A program made the translations under genes and the position numbers. The notes beneath the pieces are model-generated. The model was not told the origin of the DNA. It searched no databases and was given only the letters and a program-made list of their open reading frames with translations. A stretch of DNA of 64,000 nucleotides, taken from assembly GCA_964420295.1 (NCBI GenBank), contig CAYQST010000009.1, positions 18,532-82,531 on the forward strand, written 5' to 3'. This DNA is from an uncultured Chromatiales bacterium. Its GTDB lineage: Bacteria; Bacteroidota; Ignavibacteria; SZUA-365; CAYQST01. Positions 38,669-47,975 of the stretch are shown here, in pieces. The stretch's first letter is position 1. Each line of letters begins with the position of its first letter.

Positions 38669-40940
38669 GCTCCAACCGCCTCCGCCTGGCCGCACGCCAT
38701 CCAGCGCTGGAAGCAGGCCAACCGGCTATCCGGGCCTGCCAGCCGGGCGCCCGGGCATGACCTCCGAACGCTTCTGGAAGCGCGTCGTACCGGGCCTCCT
38801 TCTGTTCATCATCGGGGTGATGTTCCTCACCTCCCTGTTCGACGGACTGCCCAGCCTCGAGGATCTTGAAAATCCCCGTCCTCCTATCGCCACCACGGTG
38901 CTGTCCGCCGACGGCAAGGTGATCGACCGCTTCTTCGAGGAAAACCGCGCCCGCCTCGGCGCCATCGATAGCATCCCTCCCGCCTTGGTCCAGGCCTTGG
39001 TGGCCACCGAGGATCAGCGCTTTTTCGAGCACTGGGGAGTGGATTTTCGTGCTGTCGTGAGGGTGACCCTGCGCAATCTTCTGCACTTCACGCTCCACGG
39101 ACCCGGCGGCTCCACCATCACCCAGCAATTGGCCCGCAATCTATTCCTCACCCGGGAAGTGTCGGTGATGCGTAAGTTCCGCGAGTGGCTCACGGCCATC
39201 CAGATCGAACGGCGCTATACGAAAAACGAAATCCTCGTCATGTATCTCAATGTTTCGAGCTTCGGGCGGGGAACCTACGGCATCGAAACCGCAGCCGAAA
39301 CCTACTTCGCCAAACGACCGAACCGCCTCACCGTGTCGGAATGCGCCTTCCTCGTCGGTCTGCTCAAGGCCCCGTCCTATTACGATCCAAAAAGGGATTA
39401 CGAGCGGGCCGTGCGACGTCGCAACGTGGTGCTGGCGCGCATGCGTAACGAGAACTACCTCACCGACGAGGAGTTCGAGCGCTACCGAGCCGAGCCCCTC
39501 GAAACACAGTCGGCCACCCGGAGCTCGGGGATCGCCCCCCATTTTGCAGAGTATGTACGCCAGCTCATGCGAGAGAAGGCCGAAAAATATGGGTTCAACC
39601 TGTATCGCGACGGACTCACCGTCTACACCTCTCTCGATTCCCGCATGCAGGAACACGCCAATGCCGCCGTGGTCGAACACCTGAAAACCCTTCAGCCCTC
39701 CTTCCAGGCTGCATGGGACTGGAATGCGCCGCGCAATGCCGCCATCCTCGAATCCGCCCTTCGCTCCGCAGCCAAGACCCATCCCTCGGTTCTCTCCGCA
39801 CGGGGTGCCAACAGAACCCGGATGATGGACAACCTCCTGCGGAATCCCCGCTTTGTGGATTCGGTGAGAAAAATGCTGACCCGTATCCAGGTGGGCTTCA
39901 CCGCGATCGATCCGGCCACAGGGCAGATCAAAGCCATGGTGGGGAATTCCGAGATGCAGTTCCGCTACGGACTCAATCACTGCACCCAGATCCAGCGACA
40001 ACCCGGATCCACCTTCAAACCCTTCGTGTACACCGTGGCCATCGACAATGGGTACACACCGGCCTACCAACTGTCGAACGATCCACTCAGCATCGACGAC
40101 GGAACGGGAAAAACATGGTCCCCGAAAAACGCCAGCGGTGAAGCAGGTGGGACCTACACCTTGCGCAAGGGGCTGGCCCTTTCTCTCAACCTCATCGTGA
40201 TCCGGACCCTGCTACAACTGGCCCCGGCCGACGAAGTGGTGCGCTACGCCCATAAAATGGGGATCACGAGCACCCTCCGCCCTTATCCCTCCCTGGCGAT
40301 CGGTACCTCCGAAGTCGTCCCTCTCGAAATCATCAGCGCCTATGGGGCCTTCGCCAACGAAGGCATCCTCGCCCAACCCCTGGCGATCCTGCGCATCGAG
40401 GATGGCAATGGACGCGTCATCGAAAACAATGTGCCTGTGCGCAAGGAGGTCCTGAGCAAGGAAACGGCCTATATCATCACCACCATGCTCGAATCGGCCG
40501 TGAACGGAGGCACCGGTTCGGGCACGCGTCGCTGGTTCACCGGGCCTGCAGCGGGAAAAACCGGCACGACGCAAGACTATGCCGATGCCTGGTTCATCGG
40601 CTATACTCCCAATCTGGTGGCAGGTGTGTGGACGGGCTTCGATGATCGCCGCATCACCTACACCGGCAGCTATGGACAGGGCGCGGTAGCCGCCGCTCCG
40701 ATCTGGGCCCGCTTCATGAAGAGTGTGTTCGCCGATCGACGCATCGGCCTTCCGATGCGATCCTTCGTCGCACCCGACGGCGTGCAGTTCGTGCGACTCT
40801 GCCTCGACAGCCAGGGACGGGCCACCGAGCATTGTCCCAACACCGTGGAAGACTATATCATCACACGCTTCGATCCAGGCCCCTGTACCCTCCACCAGGG
40901 CTCGGCTCCTTCGTCGTCTCCCGATCACCCCTTGCATTGA
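38661..40940 (+). CDS. penicillin-binding protein 1A (bifunctional transglycosylase/transpeptidase)
   Basis: GT51 motifs (EDQRFFEHWGVD, GGSTITQQLARN). Transpeptidase SxxK (STFKP), SxN and KTGT motifs. It overlaps the lpxH-like 3' end by 8 nt. Confidence 0.9.
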   Translation: MSELQPPPPGRTPSSAGSRPTGYPGLPAGRPGMTSERFWKRVVPGLLLFIIGVMFLTSLFDGLPSLEDLENPRPPIATTVLSADGKVIDRFFEENRARLGAIDSIPPALVQALVATEDQRFFEHWGVDFRAVVRVTLRNLLHFTLHGPGGSTITQQLARNLFLTREVSVMRKFREWLTAIQIERRYTKNEILVMYLNVSSFGRGTYGIETAAETYFAKRPNRLTVSECAFLVGLLKAPSYYDPKRDYERAVRRRNVVLARMRNENYLTDEEFERYRAEPLETQSATRSSGIAPHFAEYVRQLMREKAEKYGFNLYRDGLTVYTSLDSRMQEHANAAVVEHLKTLQPSFQAAWDWNAPRNAAILESALRSAAKTHPSVLSARGANRTRMMDNLLRNPRFVDSVRKMLTRIQVGFTAIDPATGQIKAMVGNSEMQFRYGLNHCTQIQRQPGSTFKPFVYTVAIDNGYTPAYQLSNDPLSIDDGTGKTWSPKNASGEAGGTYTLRKGLALSLNLIVIRTLLQLAPADEVVRYAHKMGITSTLRPYPSLAIGTSEVVPLEIISAYGAFANEGILAQPLAILRIEDGNGRVIENNVPVRKEVLSKETAYIITTMLESAVNGGTGSGTRRWFTGPAAGKTGTTQDYADAWFIGYTPNLVAGVWTGFDDRRITYTGSYGQGAVAAAPIWARFMKSVFADRRIGLPMRSFVAPDGVQFVRLCLDSQGRATEHCPNTVEDYIITRFDPGPCTLHQGSAPSSSPDHPLH

Positions 40941-41101
40941 CACGACCAACCACGGAGTTCGACGGGTTCCGACAATGGGTTCGATAGGTCTCGAAGATGG
41001 CTTCGTCAGGTCCCGATGATGGGTTGCACTTCTCCCCGAGTCGGTCTATGTTGCTGTGTTCATCAGCGTTCCCTCATTTCTTCACTCGCATGGAGTCCAC
41101 C

Positions 41102-41752
41102 ATGATCCGCTCTCGCATGGTGCCCTTTCTTTTCCTTCTCCCCATTCTCCTGACCCTCGGCTCCGGCTGTGGCAGCAAGGAACAAAAGATGGAAGAAACG
41201 GCCCAGCAACTGCAGCAGCAGGCCCCGCCCACCACCGATCCCACCCAGGCCCTTCAGCAAATGGGTGAGGAGTTCGAAAAACTTCAGAACAGAAAGCCCG
41301 TGCCGCCCCTGTCCTTCAAGGTGCTCATGGAATTCCTTCCGAAGGACGTCTCGGGACTCAAAGCCGAAAAACCCGAAGGGGAATCAGCTCAGATGGGTGA
41401 ATTCGCCTTCTCCCAGGCCACTATCAATTTCTCCGATCCCTCGGGGGCAAAGTCCGCCCGCGTAGAAATCTTCGACTACGCGTACATCTATCAACTGTAC
41501 GCCCCACTGACGGCCATGCTGAAAATGAACTTCCAGCGCGAGTCCACCTCGGGCTACGAAAAATCCATCCAGATCGCAGGCTATCCCGCCTATGCGAAAT
41601 GGGAGGTGGAAGGCAAAAACAGCGATTGCTCGGTGCTGGTGGGAGATCGCTTCTGGGTGGTGGTAGAAACCCGTGGTATCGGCGAAAAAACTGCAGAGAC
41701 TATTCTTGGCACCATGAATCTGAAAGGACTCGCCGGTAAATCCGGGTCCTGA
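41102..41752 (+). CDS. hypothetical lipoprotein
   Basis: Lipobox LLTLGSGC. Gln-rich linker. No known domain. Confidence 0.5.
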   Translation: MIRSRMVPFLFLLPILLTLGSGCGSKEQKMEETAQQLQQQAPPTTDPTQALQQMGEEFEKLQNRKPVPPLSFKVLMEFLPKDVSGLKAEKPEGESAQMGEFAFSQATINFSDPSGAKSARVEIFDYAYIYQLYAPLTAMLKMNFQRESTSGYEKSIQIAGYPAYAKWEVEGKNSDCSVLVGDRFWVVVETRGIGEKTAETILGTMNLKGLAGKSGS

Positions 41753-41814
41753 GTCCATCCCCGACCTCGTCGTGCGATCCGTCCTTCCCGCTGGGGGGGA
41801 CGGATCGCTGTCGT

Positions 41815-42702
41815 TCAGGGCCGAGGGGACACCCGGGATCCCAGAATGCGATCCAGATCATGGAGCGCCTGAAGAACACGGGGACCCGGTCTCAAAAACA
41901 CATCCGCATCCACCATCACGGGACCCTCTCCTCGCATGCATCGCAGTCCGTGCCATTCCGGAAACTGCGATTCGAGCTGGGCCCGGTTCACATGAAGGTC
42001 TCCAGGTACCAGAAGCAGATCGGGGTTCAGCGTCAGCATGGTCTCGCGATTCAGTACCGGCCAGGCCCCGGGCAAATCCCTCGCCGCGTTCTTCGCCCCG
42101 AGCCACTCCACCATCTCTCCCAGAAAACTACCTGCCCCCGCCACCATCAGCGGACGAGACGAGACGAGCATCAGACAGGACGGTGCCCTTCCCTCGTGTC
42201 GACCACGCAGAGCCGCCATCTCCCGACGAAGTGAATCAGCCAGCTCCTTTCCCCGGCGTTCCTCTCCGATCACCTTCCCCAGAACGCGAATGGAATGCAG
42301 GATCCCGTCCAGCGACCGGGGATTCGAGACGAACAGGGGCATGCCCATGCGTTCGAGCGCGAGAAATGTGCGATGCGTGTTGCCCTCCACGGACAGCACC
42401 ACGAGATCGGGGTTCAGAGATGCGATCGTCTCCACCTGGGGTTGCACCATGTCACCCACCTGGGTACGAGTTGTGGCCTCGGGAGGAGCCGTGCAAAACC
42501 GGGTGACCCCCACCACGCGATCTCCTGCTCCGAGAGCGAAGAGCGTCTCGGTAAGACTTGGTGCAAGACTGATGATTCGACGGGGAGGAGTAGCAAACGA
42601 CAGCGATCTTCCCAGATCGTCGGTATAGGATGTCGCGGGCATGGATACGGGTGGCGTGCGCCGAGTGCCGCATCCCACCAGGAGGAGCACCGAGCACAGC
42701 AT
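41815..42702 (-). CDS. periplasmic substrate-binding protein, BtuF/FecB (TroA-like) family
   Basis: Lipoprotein signal (LLLVGCG). The RIISLAPSLTETLFALGAGDRVVGVT pattern is typical of cobalamin/siderophore ABC binding proteins. Confidence 0.7.
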   Translation of the reverse strand: MLCSVLLLVGCGTRRTPPVSMPATSYTDDLGRSLSFATPPRRIISLAPSLTETLFALGAGDRVVGVTRFCTAPPEATTRTQVGDMVQPQVETIASLNPDLVVLSVEGNTHRTFLALERMGMPLFVSNPRSLDGILHSIRVLGKVIGEERRGKELADSLRREMAALRGRHEGRAPSCLMLVSSRPLMVAGAGSFLGEMVEWLGAKNAARDLPGAWPVLNRETMLTLNPDLLLVPGDLHVNRAQLESQFPEWHGLRCMRGEGPVMVDADVFLRPGPRVLQALHDLDRILGSRVSPRP

Positions 42703-42716
42703 CAGCGCACGAGCGC

Positions 42717-43631
42717 TCACCGCGAGAGTCCGAAAAATGCCTTGATGATGTGCATCGCCATCCTGGGATTCTCCTTCAGACGTCGAATGCTGTACGCATA
42801 CCACTGATCGCCAAAGGGCACGTACACGCGAAGCCGATGTCCCTGCGCCACCAGGGCATCCCGCGCGGCGGGACGCACCCCCAGAAGCATCTGAAATTCA
42901 TATTCCTCACGAGAAAGCCCGAGCGACCGCACCATTTCCCTTGCCGCGTCGAGGAGCACGTCATCGTGGGTGGCGATCCCGACATAGCCCCCCCGGGTCA
43001 GGAGCGTGCGCAGCAGGGCGATGTAACTGTCCCGCACTTCCCTCTTTTCCTGAAACGCCAATTCCGCAGGCTCAACATAAATGCCCTTGCAGAGTCGAAT
43101 GTTGGTAGCTCCCTCTTCGAGCAGAGACGAGATATCCTCTGCGCTTCGACGGAGATAGGCTTGTATGACCACACCCACGTGACCTGGAAAATCCGCACGC
43201 AATCGTCGGTACATATCCAGCGTCAGAGTCGTATAGGGATGATCCTCCATGTCCAGCCGGATGAAACTGCCAATGTCGGTGGCCAGAGCGCAGAGAACGC
43301 GCATATTCTCCTCACATAGGGCGGGATCGAACGAAAGGCCAAGTTGCGTAGGCTTGACGGATAGGTTGGCGTCCAGCTTCTCATCGCGAATCGCATGCAG
43401 CACCGCCTCGCATTGTGCCCGCATGGCCAGGGCCTGCTGTCGGTCGGTGATGCTCTCACCCAACACGTCCATCGTGGCCATCATGCCCTTGGAATTCAGG
43501 TCCCGCACTACCCGGACCCCATCGGCGAGGGTTTCGCCCGCGATGTAAGGACGGGACGCGAAACCGACCAGGGATTTCGGGAGGTGAGGAAGAAGAGAGG
43601 CAAGCAGGGAACTGAACATCAGGAACTCCAT
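42717..43631 (-). CDS. proline dehydrogenase family protein
   Basis: PutA-type PRODH (β/α)8-barrel signature (ASRPYIAGETLADGV...VSVKPTQLG...IRLCKGIY...VATHDD). Start coordinate is approximate (±12 nt). Confidence 0.8.
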   Translation of the reverse strand: MEFLMFSSLLASLLPHLPKSLVGFASRPYIAGETLADGVRVVRDLNSKGMMATMDVLGESITDRQQALAMRAQCEAVLHAIRDEKLDANLSVKPTQLGLSFDPALCEENMRVLCALATDIGSFIRLDMEDHPYTTLTLDMYRRLRADFPGHVGVVIQAYLRRSAEDISSLLEEGATNIRLCKGIYVEPAELAFQEKREVRDSYIALLRTLLTRGGYVGIATHDDVLLDAAREMVRSLGLSREEYEFQMLLGVRPAARDALVAQGHRLRVYVPFGDQWYAYSIRRLKENPRMAMHIIKAFFGLSR

Positions 43632-43743
43632 CGACGTGAGGAAGAAAAATACGGTCCGCACCCAGTAATCCCAACATGTCCGATACGAGCGCAGGCCCCG
43701 CTGAGGGGCCTGCGATACTGGAACGATACGTCGAGCGAAGGGA

Positions 43744-44577
43744 TCACGCTGGCATGGCAATCAGCCAGGGATCGTAACAGAACAGCACATCCTCGTCCTC
43801 TTCCTGCCGAAAGGCCTGGAGAATAATGGGACGAATCAGGGCCGCGTCGAAGGCGGCCGCGCTCTGCACCGCGTGCATCCGTAATTCAGAATCTTCGCTG
43901 TTGATGCCGCACACGACCAGAGACAGAAGCAAGGGCTGATCCAGAAACGGCAGAAAATCCAGGATTCTTACCTTCAGGTGGCGTGCGGATTCAAAGTACA
44001 GCTCCTGAACCATGGGCACCAGGGCTTCCGAGAGCCGCAAGGGCGCATTGCGAGCCGCAATGCGATGGATGGCATCCACCACAGTGTCGGTAAACATATC
44101 CGGATGCGTTTTTTCGATTTTGAGAAGGTATTCCACCTCGCGATGCCCGCCGAGTGTGGAAAAAACCGTAATGACGGAAGGAAGAAGAGACAACCCGACG
44201 GCCATGGCATGAGGATATTTTCCGTGAATCAAATCCAGACTGTCTTCGTTGCCGATCTTGGTAAAGATGTTGAGACACACCTTGTCCAGAGACTGAGAAG
44301 AACTGGATGAAAACAGGGTGTTGACGAATCCGACGGCGGATTTTTCACTCCGATGCTCGATATCCTTGAGCGTCGTCAGAATGTAACTCTGATCGTGCTC
44401 TCCGTCGGCGTTGAACGTCGTTCCGCGAAAGGTCCGATATCGATCTTCCATGGGATATCTCGCTGTATGGTGGCCGCTCGAAAGATGTCTGTCATCCTGA
44501 TGGTGCGGCAAGGGGGATACGGGCATGACCATGATTGCCTCTCCAGGCTGGTGAACAGACATTGAGTTCACTGCCAT
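43744..44577 (-). CDS. hypothetical protein in a low-GC island
   Basis: 277-aa ORF, helical, no known motif. Its local GC (~50%) is clearly below the window average, with an AT-rich upstream region. Confidence 0.45.
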   Translation of the reverse strand: MAVNSMSVHQPGEAIMVMPVSPLPHHQDDRHLSSGHHTARYPMEDRYRTFRGTTFNADGEHDQSYILTTLKDIEHRSEKSAVGFVNTLFSSSSSQSLDKVCLNIFTKIGNEDSLDLIHGKYPHAMAVGLSLLPSVITVFSTLGGHREVEYLLKIEKTHPDMFTDTVVDAIHRIAARNAPLRLSEALVPMVQELYFESARHLKVRILDFLPFLDQPLLLSLVVCGINSEDSELRMHAVQSAAAFDAALIRPIILQAFRQEEDEDVLFCYDPWLIAMPA

Positions 44578-44630
44578 TTTAAGAAAAATGGAAAGGTCAA
44601 GGACAGGAAAAACGAAGAGGGTTGAATTTT

Positions 44631-45779
44631 TTACAATTCGGTCCAGGGCTCTTCCCCAAGCACCTGCCGATACACTTTCATTGTTCGTTCCGCGATCCGC
44701 ACGTTTGTAAAGTTTTCATGCACTCTCTGCCTTCCAACTTCACCCAGGTGATGCCGAAGATCCGCATCCCGAACGAGGCGATCGAGCTGAGTACGCAAGG
44801 CCTCCACGTCACGTTCGGGGAATGTCAGGCCAGCATCTCCGATCACGCGAGGAATTTCGGCATGAGTGGAGCCCAGCACCGCCACCTCGCGGCACATGGC
44901 CTGGACGAGCACCTGGCCGAACTGTTCCTTCCAATGCGGCACCGTGAATGAGGGCAGAACGAGCGCATCCATGAGTCCGAGCCAATGAGGAATCTCCGCA
45001 TGAGGAACGGGTGGAATGATACGGAGGCGGGATCCGATGCCCAGCTCCGCCGCACGTTTGCGCATGGCATCCTCGAGCACACCCCCGCCTACGAAGAGCA
45101 AGGTGTAGTTCAGGGATCGATCCAGTCCCGAGGCCGCAGTGATCAGGTCGAGCACGCCCTTTTCCTCTACGAACCGTCCGATGAATCCCAGCACCACCCC
45201 GTGCAGATCCTGCGCCTCCCGTTCGCGAGGATCCTTCGGCGCCGTGAACAGCGTGGGGTCGACACCGAGCAGGGGGATCACGGCGGCGGGACCCCGATAC
45301 CCCTTTTTCCTCAGCAACTCCACGGCGTCGCGATTCCCGCAGATCGCTGCGTCGGAATGCGCGAGGTTGTAGCGTTCGATGGCGGGAAAGGGAAAGCGCA
45401 GGGTTTTTTCAAAATTCATCCACGTGAAGAACAGGGTCTTCGCGCGAGGCGCCAGGATCCGCTTTAGATGCAGGATCTGGTAATAGCTGAGGGCGTCGGT
45501 GCCTTCTTCCACATGAATGATATCGGGCTTCCAACGCCCCATCCCCATCGTGGCAGAAAGATAGAAATGCGCGGCCTCCTTGCCGCTGAACAGGATCTTC
45601 TTGCCGTCCATCGCCAGCACCGGATCGGGATGATCGGAGAACCGGAGCGTAAAGAGATAGTCCTTCCACTCCAGGGGTACGATAATGCGAAGATCGACAT
45701 CGGGATCCTCGGCGAGCACTCTCCATTTCTCGCGACCGGCGGTACTGATGTAGGTATGCCCGACCACCAGAATCTTCAT
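44631..45779 (-). CDS. glycosyltransferase family 4
   Basis: Begins MKILVVGHTY. GT-B fold with E-X7-E (FGQVLVQAM). The ATG at 45779 was confirmed. Confidence 0.8.
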   Translation of the reverse strand: MKILVVGHTYISTAGREKWRVLAEDPDVDLRIIVPLEWKDYLFTLRFSDHPDPVLAMDGKKILFSGKEAAHFYLSATMGMGRWKPDIIHVEEGTDALSYYQILHLKRILAPRAKTLFFTWMNFEKTLRFPFPAIERYNLAHSDAAICGNRDAVELLRKKGYRGPAAVIPLLGVDPTLFTAPKDPREREAQDLHGVVLGFIGRFVEEKGVLDLITAASGLDRSLNYTLLFVGGGVLEDAMRKRAAELGIGSRLRIIPPVPHAEIPHWLGLMDALVLPSFTVPHWKEQFGQVLVQAMCREVAVLGSTHAEIPRVIGDAGLTFPERDVEALRTQLDRLVRDADLRHHLGEVGRQRVHENFTNVRIAERTMKVYRQVLGEEPWTEL

Positions 45780-45783
45780 GTGC

Positions 45784-46941
45784 TCAGCCCTCCCCGCGGC
45801 GATGCCGGGCCTGCTCGTACACCTTGCAGGTGCGTTCGGCGATGGTGGACCACGAGAACTCCCGTTCGGCCCGTTCCCGTGCGGCCCTGCCGATACGACG
45901 TCGCAGATCCTCGTCTCGCAACAGCCGGATACAGGCCGCAGCAAGGGACGCGGGATTTCTCGGCTCGACGAGCATCCCCGTCACCCCATCGTCAATAATT
46001 TCCGGAATTCCGCCCACTCGCGTGCCGACCAGGGGCAGTCCCATGGCCATGGCTTCGAGGCCCGCGATGCTGGTGGCTTCCATGAGGGAGGGCAGCACGG
46101 CCACCTGGGCCATCGAAAGGAACTGGGGCATCAGCGTATTGGGAACATTGCCGGTGAAGATCACCTGGGACCTCGCGCCGCTCTCTTCGAGCATCCGTTC
46201 GAATCTCTCCTTCTCTTCGGGAAATCCCCCTCCCACGATGAGCACCAGAGCGCGGGGCTCGCTGAAGAGAATGGTGGGCACGGCTCGGATCAGGTATTCC
46301 ACGCCATTCTTGGGTTCGAGTCGACGAGGACAGATGATGATGGGACGAGAGACATCGATGGCGTAATCCTTGTCCAGCACGCCGAAAGACCGACCCGGAG
46401 CGAACACCCGGGTGTCCACCCCGTTGGGGATGTAATGCAGTCGCTCGGGAGGAACCCCAGTCCAGACGCTTTTCTCGAACAGTTCATTGCTGGGACTGAT
46501 GATGGCGTCGGCATGACCGAGAAATCGCCGCATCGTCCGTCTTCCCTTCTCAGACTCGACGTATTCGAGATAGTTGGACGTGTGATTTGTCCACACCAGG
46601 GGCACTCGGCCCGCAAAGGCGCGCGTGGTCCAGCAATTGGGTGTCAGATCGTGCCAGTGCAGCACGTCGAATCCGATGGCACGGTGCAGACGGCGGATGG
46701 CGTCACGCACTCCGCGGATATAGAACACATGCTTGATCTTCGGCAGGGTACAGGAAAAGAACATGCGGTGCACGGTGAATCCGTCGATGTCCTCATCGTA
46801 ATTCTCTCCCTGTCCATACACGGGGTGGAGAAGATGCACCGTGTGCCTATTGCCAACCAGGGCACGGGCCAGTTCCAGGGCATGGGACGCCATGCCGCCG
46901 ATATTGGGGAGGAAGTCGGAGGTCAGGAGCAGGATCTTCAT
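45784..46941 (-). CDS. glycosyltransferase family 4
   Basis: Begins MKILLLTSDFLPNIGG. Contains GLEAMAMGLPLVGTRVGGIPE. Confidence 0.85.
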   Translation of the reverse strand: MKILLLTSDFLPNIGGMASHALELARALVGNRHTVHLLHPVYGQGENYDEDIDGFTVHRMFFSCTLPKIKHVFYIRGVRDAIRRLHRAIGFDVLHWHDLTPNCWTTRAFAGRVPLVWTNHTSNYLEYVESEKGRRTMRRFLGHADAIISPSNELFEKSVWTGVPPERLHYIPNGVDTRVFAPGRSFGVLDKDYAIDVSRPIIICPRRLEPKNGVEYLIRAVPTILFSEPRALVLIVGGGFPEEKERFERMLEESGARSQVIFTGNVPNTLMPQFLSMAQVAVLPSLMEATSIAGLEAMAMGLPLVGTRVGGIPEIIDDGVTGMLVEPRNPASLAAACIRLLRDEDLRRRIGRAARERAEREFSWSTIAERTCKVYEQARHRRGEG

Positions 46942-46944
46942 GGG

Positions 46945-47973
46945 TCAGGTACCGAGATGGGTGATGTCGTCGATGATGCGGGAGAGGCGATGCACGGCTT
47001 GATGTTCGTTCCGGGCACGCAATGCCCCGGCCTCGGCGATGCGCAGGCGCTCGTCTTCGTGCGCGAGGTAGTAGCGGATCTTATCGCGGAGTTCGTCCAC
47101 CGTGGAGAAGCATACGATTTCTCGATCCTCCTCAAACAGCTCTCTGGCCTGTTCTTCGCTGCGCTGGGTGAGGAGAAATCCCCCGAAACCCGGGATTTCG
47201 AAGGTGCGCACGTTGTTCGAATCCTTGTTCTGCTCCCGCAGGAAATTCAGGTGGATGCGGGAGACGGCGAAGAGCAGGGAGATCTGTTCTCCGTACACCG
47301 CGTTCCCTTTCCAGCGGGCGCGCAAGGCGTCTCCCTCCGGAAGCCGATCCCAGAGATTTCCCCACACACTCACGCCCAGATCCGTCACGTGGCGCAGCCA
47401 CCACTCGCGATCGGGATCCCAGGTGCCGGCGAATACTACGTCGGTGGCATAGCGAAGGCGCTCCTCGTCCGACACCGCCACCGGAGGCTTGAGCATCTCG
47501 GGATCGTAACAGAAGGGCAAATACTCCACGCGCCGAGCTCCAGCCCGTCGGAGGGGTTCGATCAGAGAACGCGCGTAGATGTAGTAGATGTCGAATTCGG
47601 GAATCGAGGCGATGCTGTCCCGCGTCGCGTTTTTGACCTGGACGTTGAACGGTCCGTCGGGATACCATTGCGCCAGGGCGCAGGAGCAGCGCCGTTTTAC
47701 GTCGCGGAGCGTGGCGGGAGTGAGCCATTCCCCTTTCAGCACGAGCACGAGATCGGGACCGAAGGAGATGGCGCGGTCCACGAACTGCTGATTCATCCTT
47801 CGAATCCGTGCCAGGCGCTGAACGGTCGACCATCCCGGCAGGGAGGACGCGCCTTCGGTAACGGAACGCCGATAATCGAACACCTCCACCGTGGCGCCCA
47901 TCTCTCGAAGGACCCGGGCATAGCCCCAGCCTCCGGTGCCATACCAGTATTCACAGACGAGCAGAATCTTCAT
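46945..47973 (-). CDS. CgeB-like (DUF3880/GT1-like) glycosyltransferase
   Basis: Begins MKILLVCEYWYGTGG. GGAGG SD 6 nt upstream. Contains FEIPGFGGFLL. Confidence 0.6.
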   Translation of the reverse strand: MKILLVCEYWYGTGGWGYARVLREMGATVEVFDYRRSVTEGASSLPGWSTVQRLARIRRMNQQFVDRAISFGPDLVLVLKGEWLTPATLRDVKRRCSCALAQWYPDGPFNVQVKNATRDSIASIPEFDIYYIYARSLIEPLRRAGARRVEYLPFCYDPEMLKPPVAVSDEERLRYATDVVFAGTWDPDREWWLRHVTDLGVSVWGNLWDRLPEGDALRARWKGNAVYGEQISLLFAVSRIHLNFLREQNKDSNNVRTFEIPGFGGFLLTQRSEEQARELFEEDREIVCFSTVDELRDKIRYYLAHEDERLRIAEAGALRARNEHQAVHRLSRIIDDITHLGT

Positions 47974-47975
47974 GG

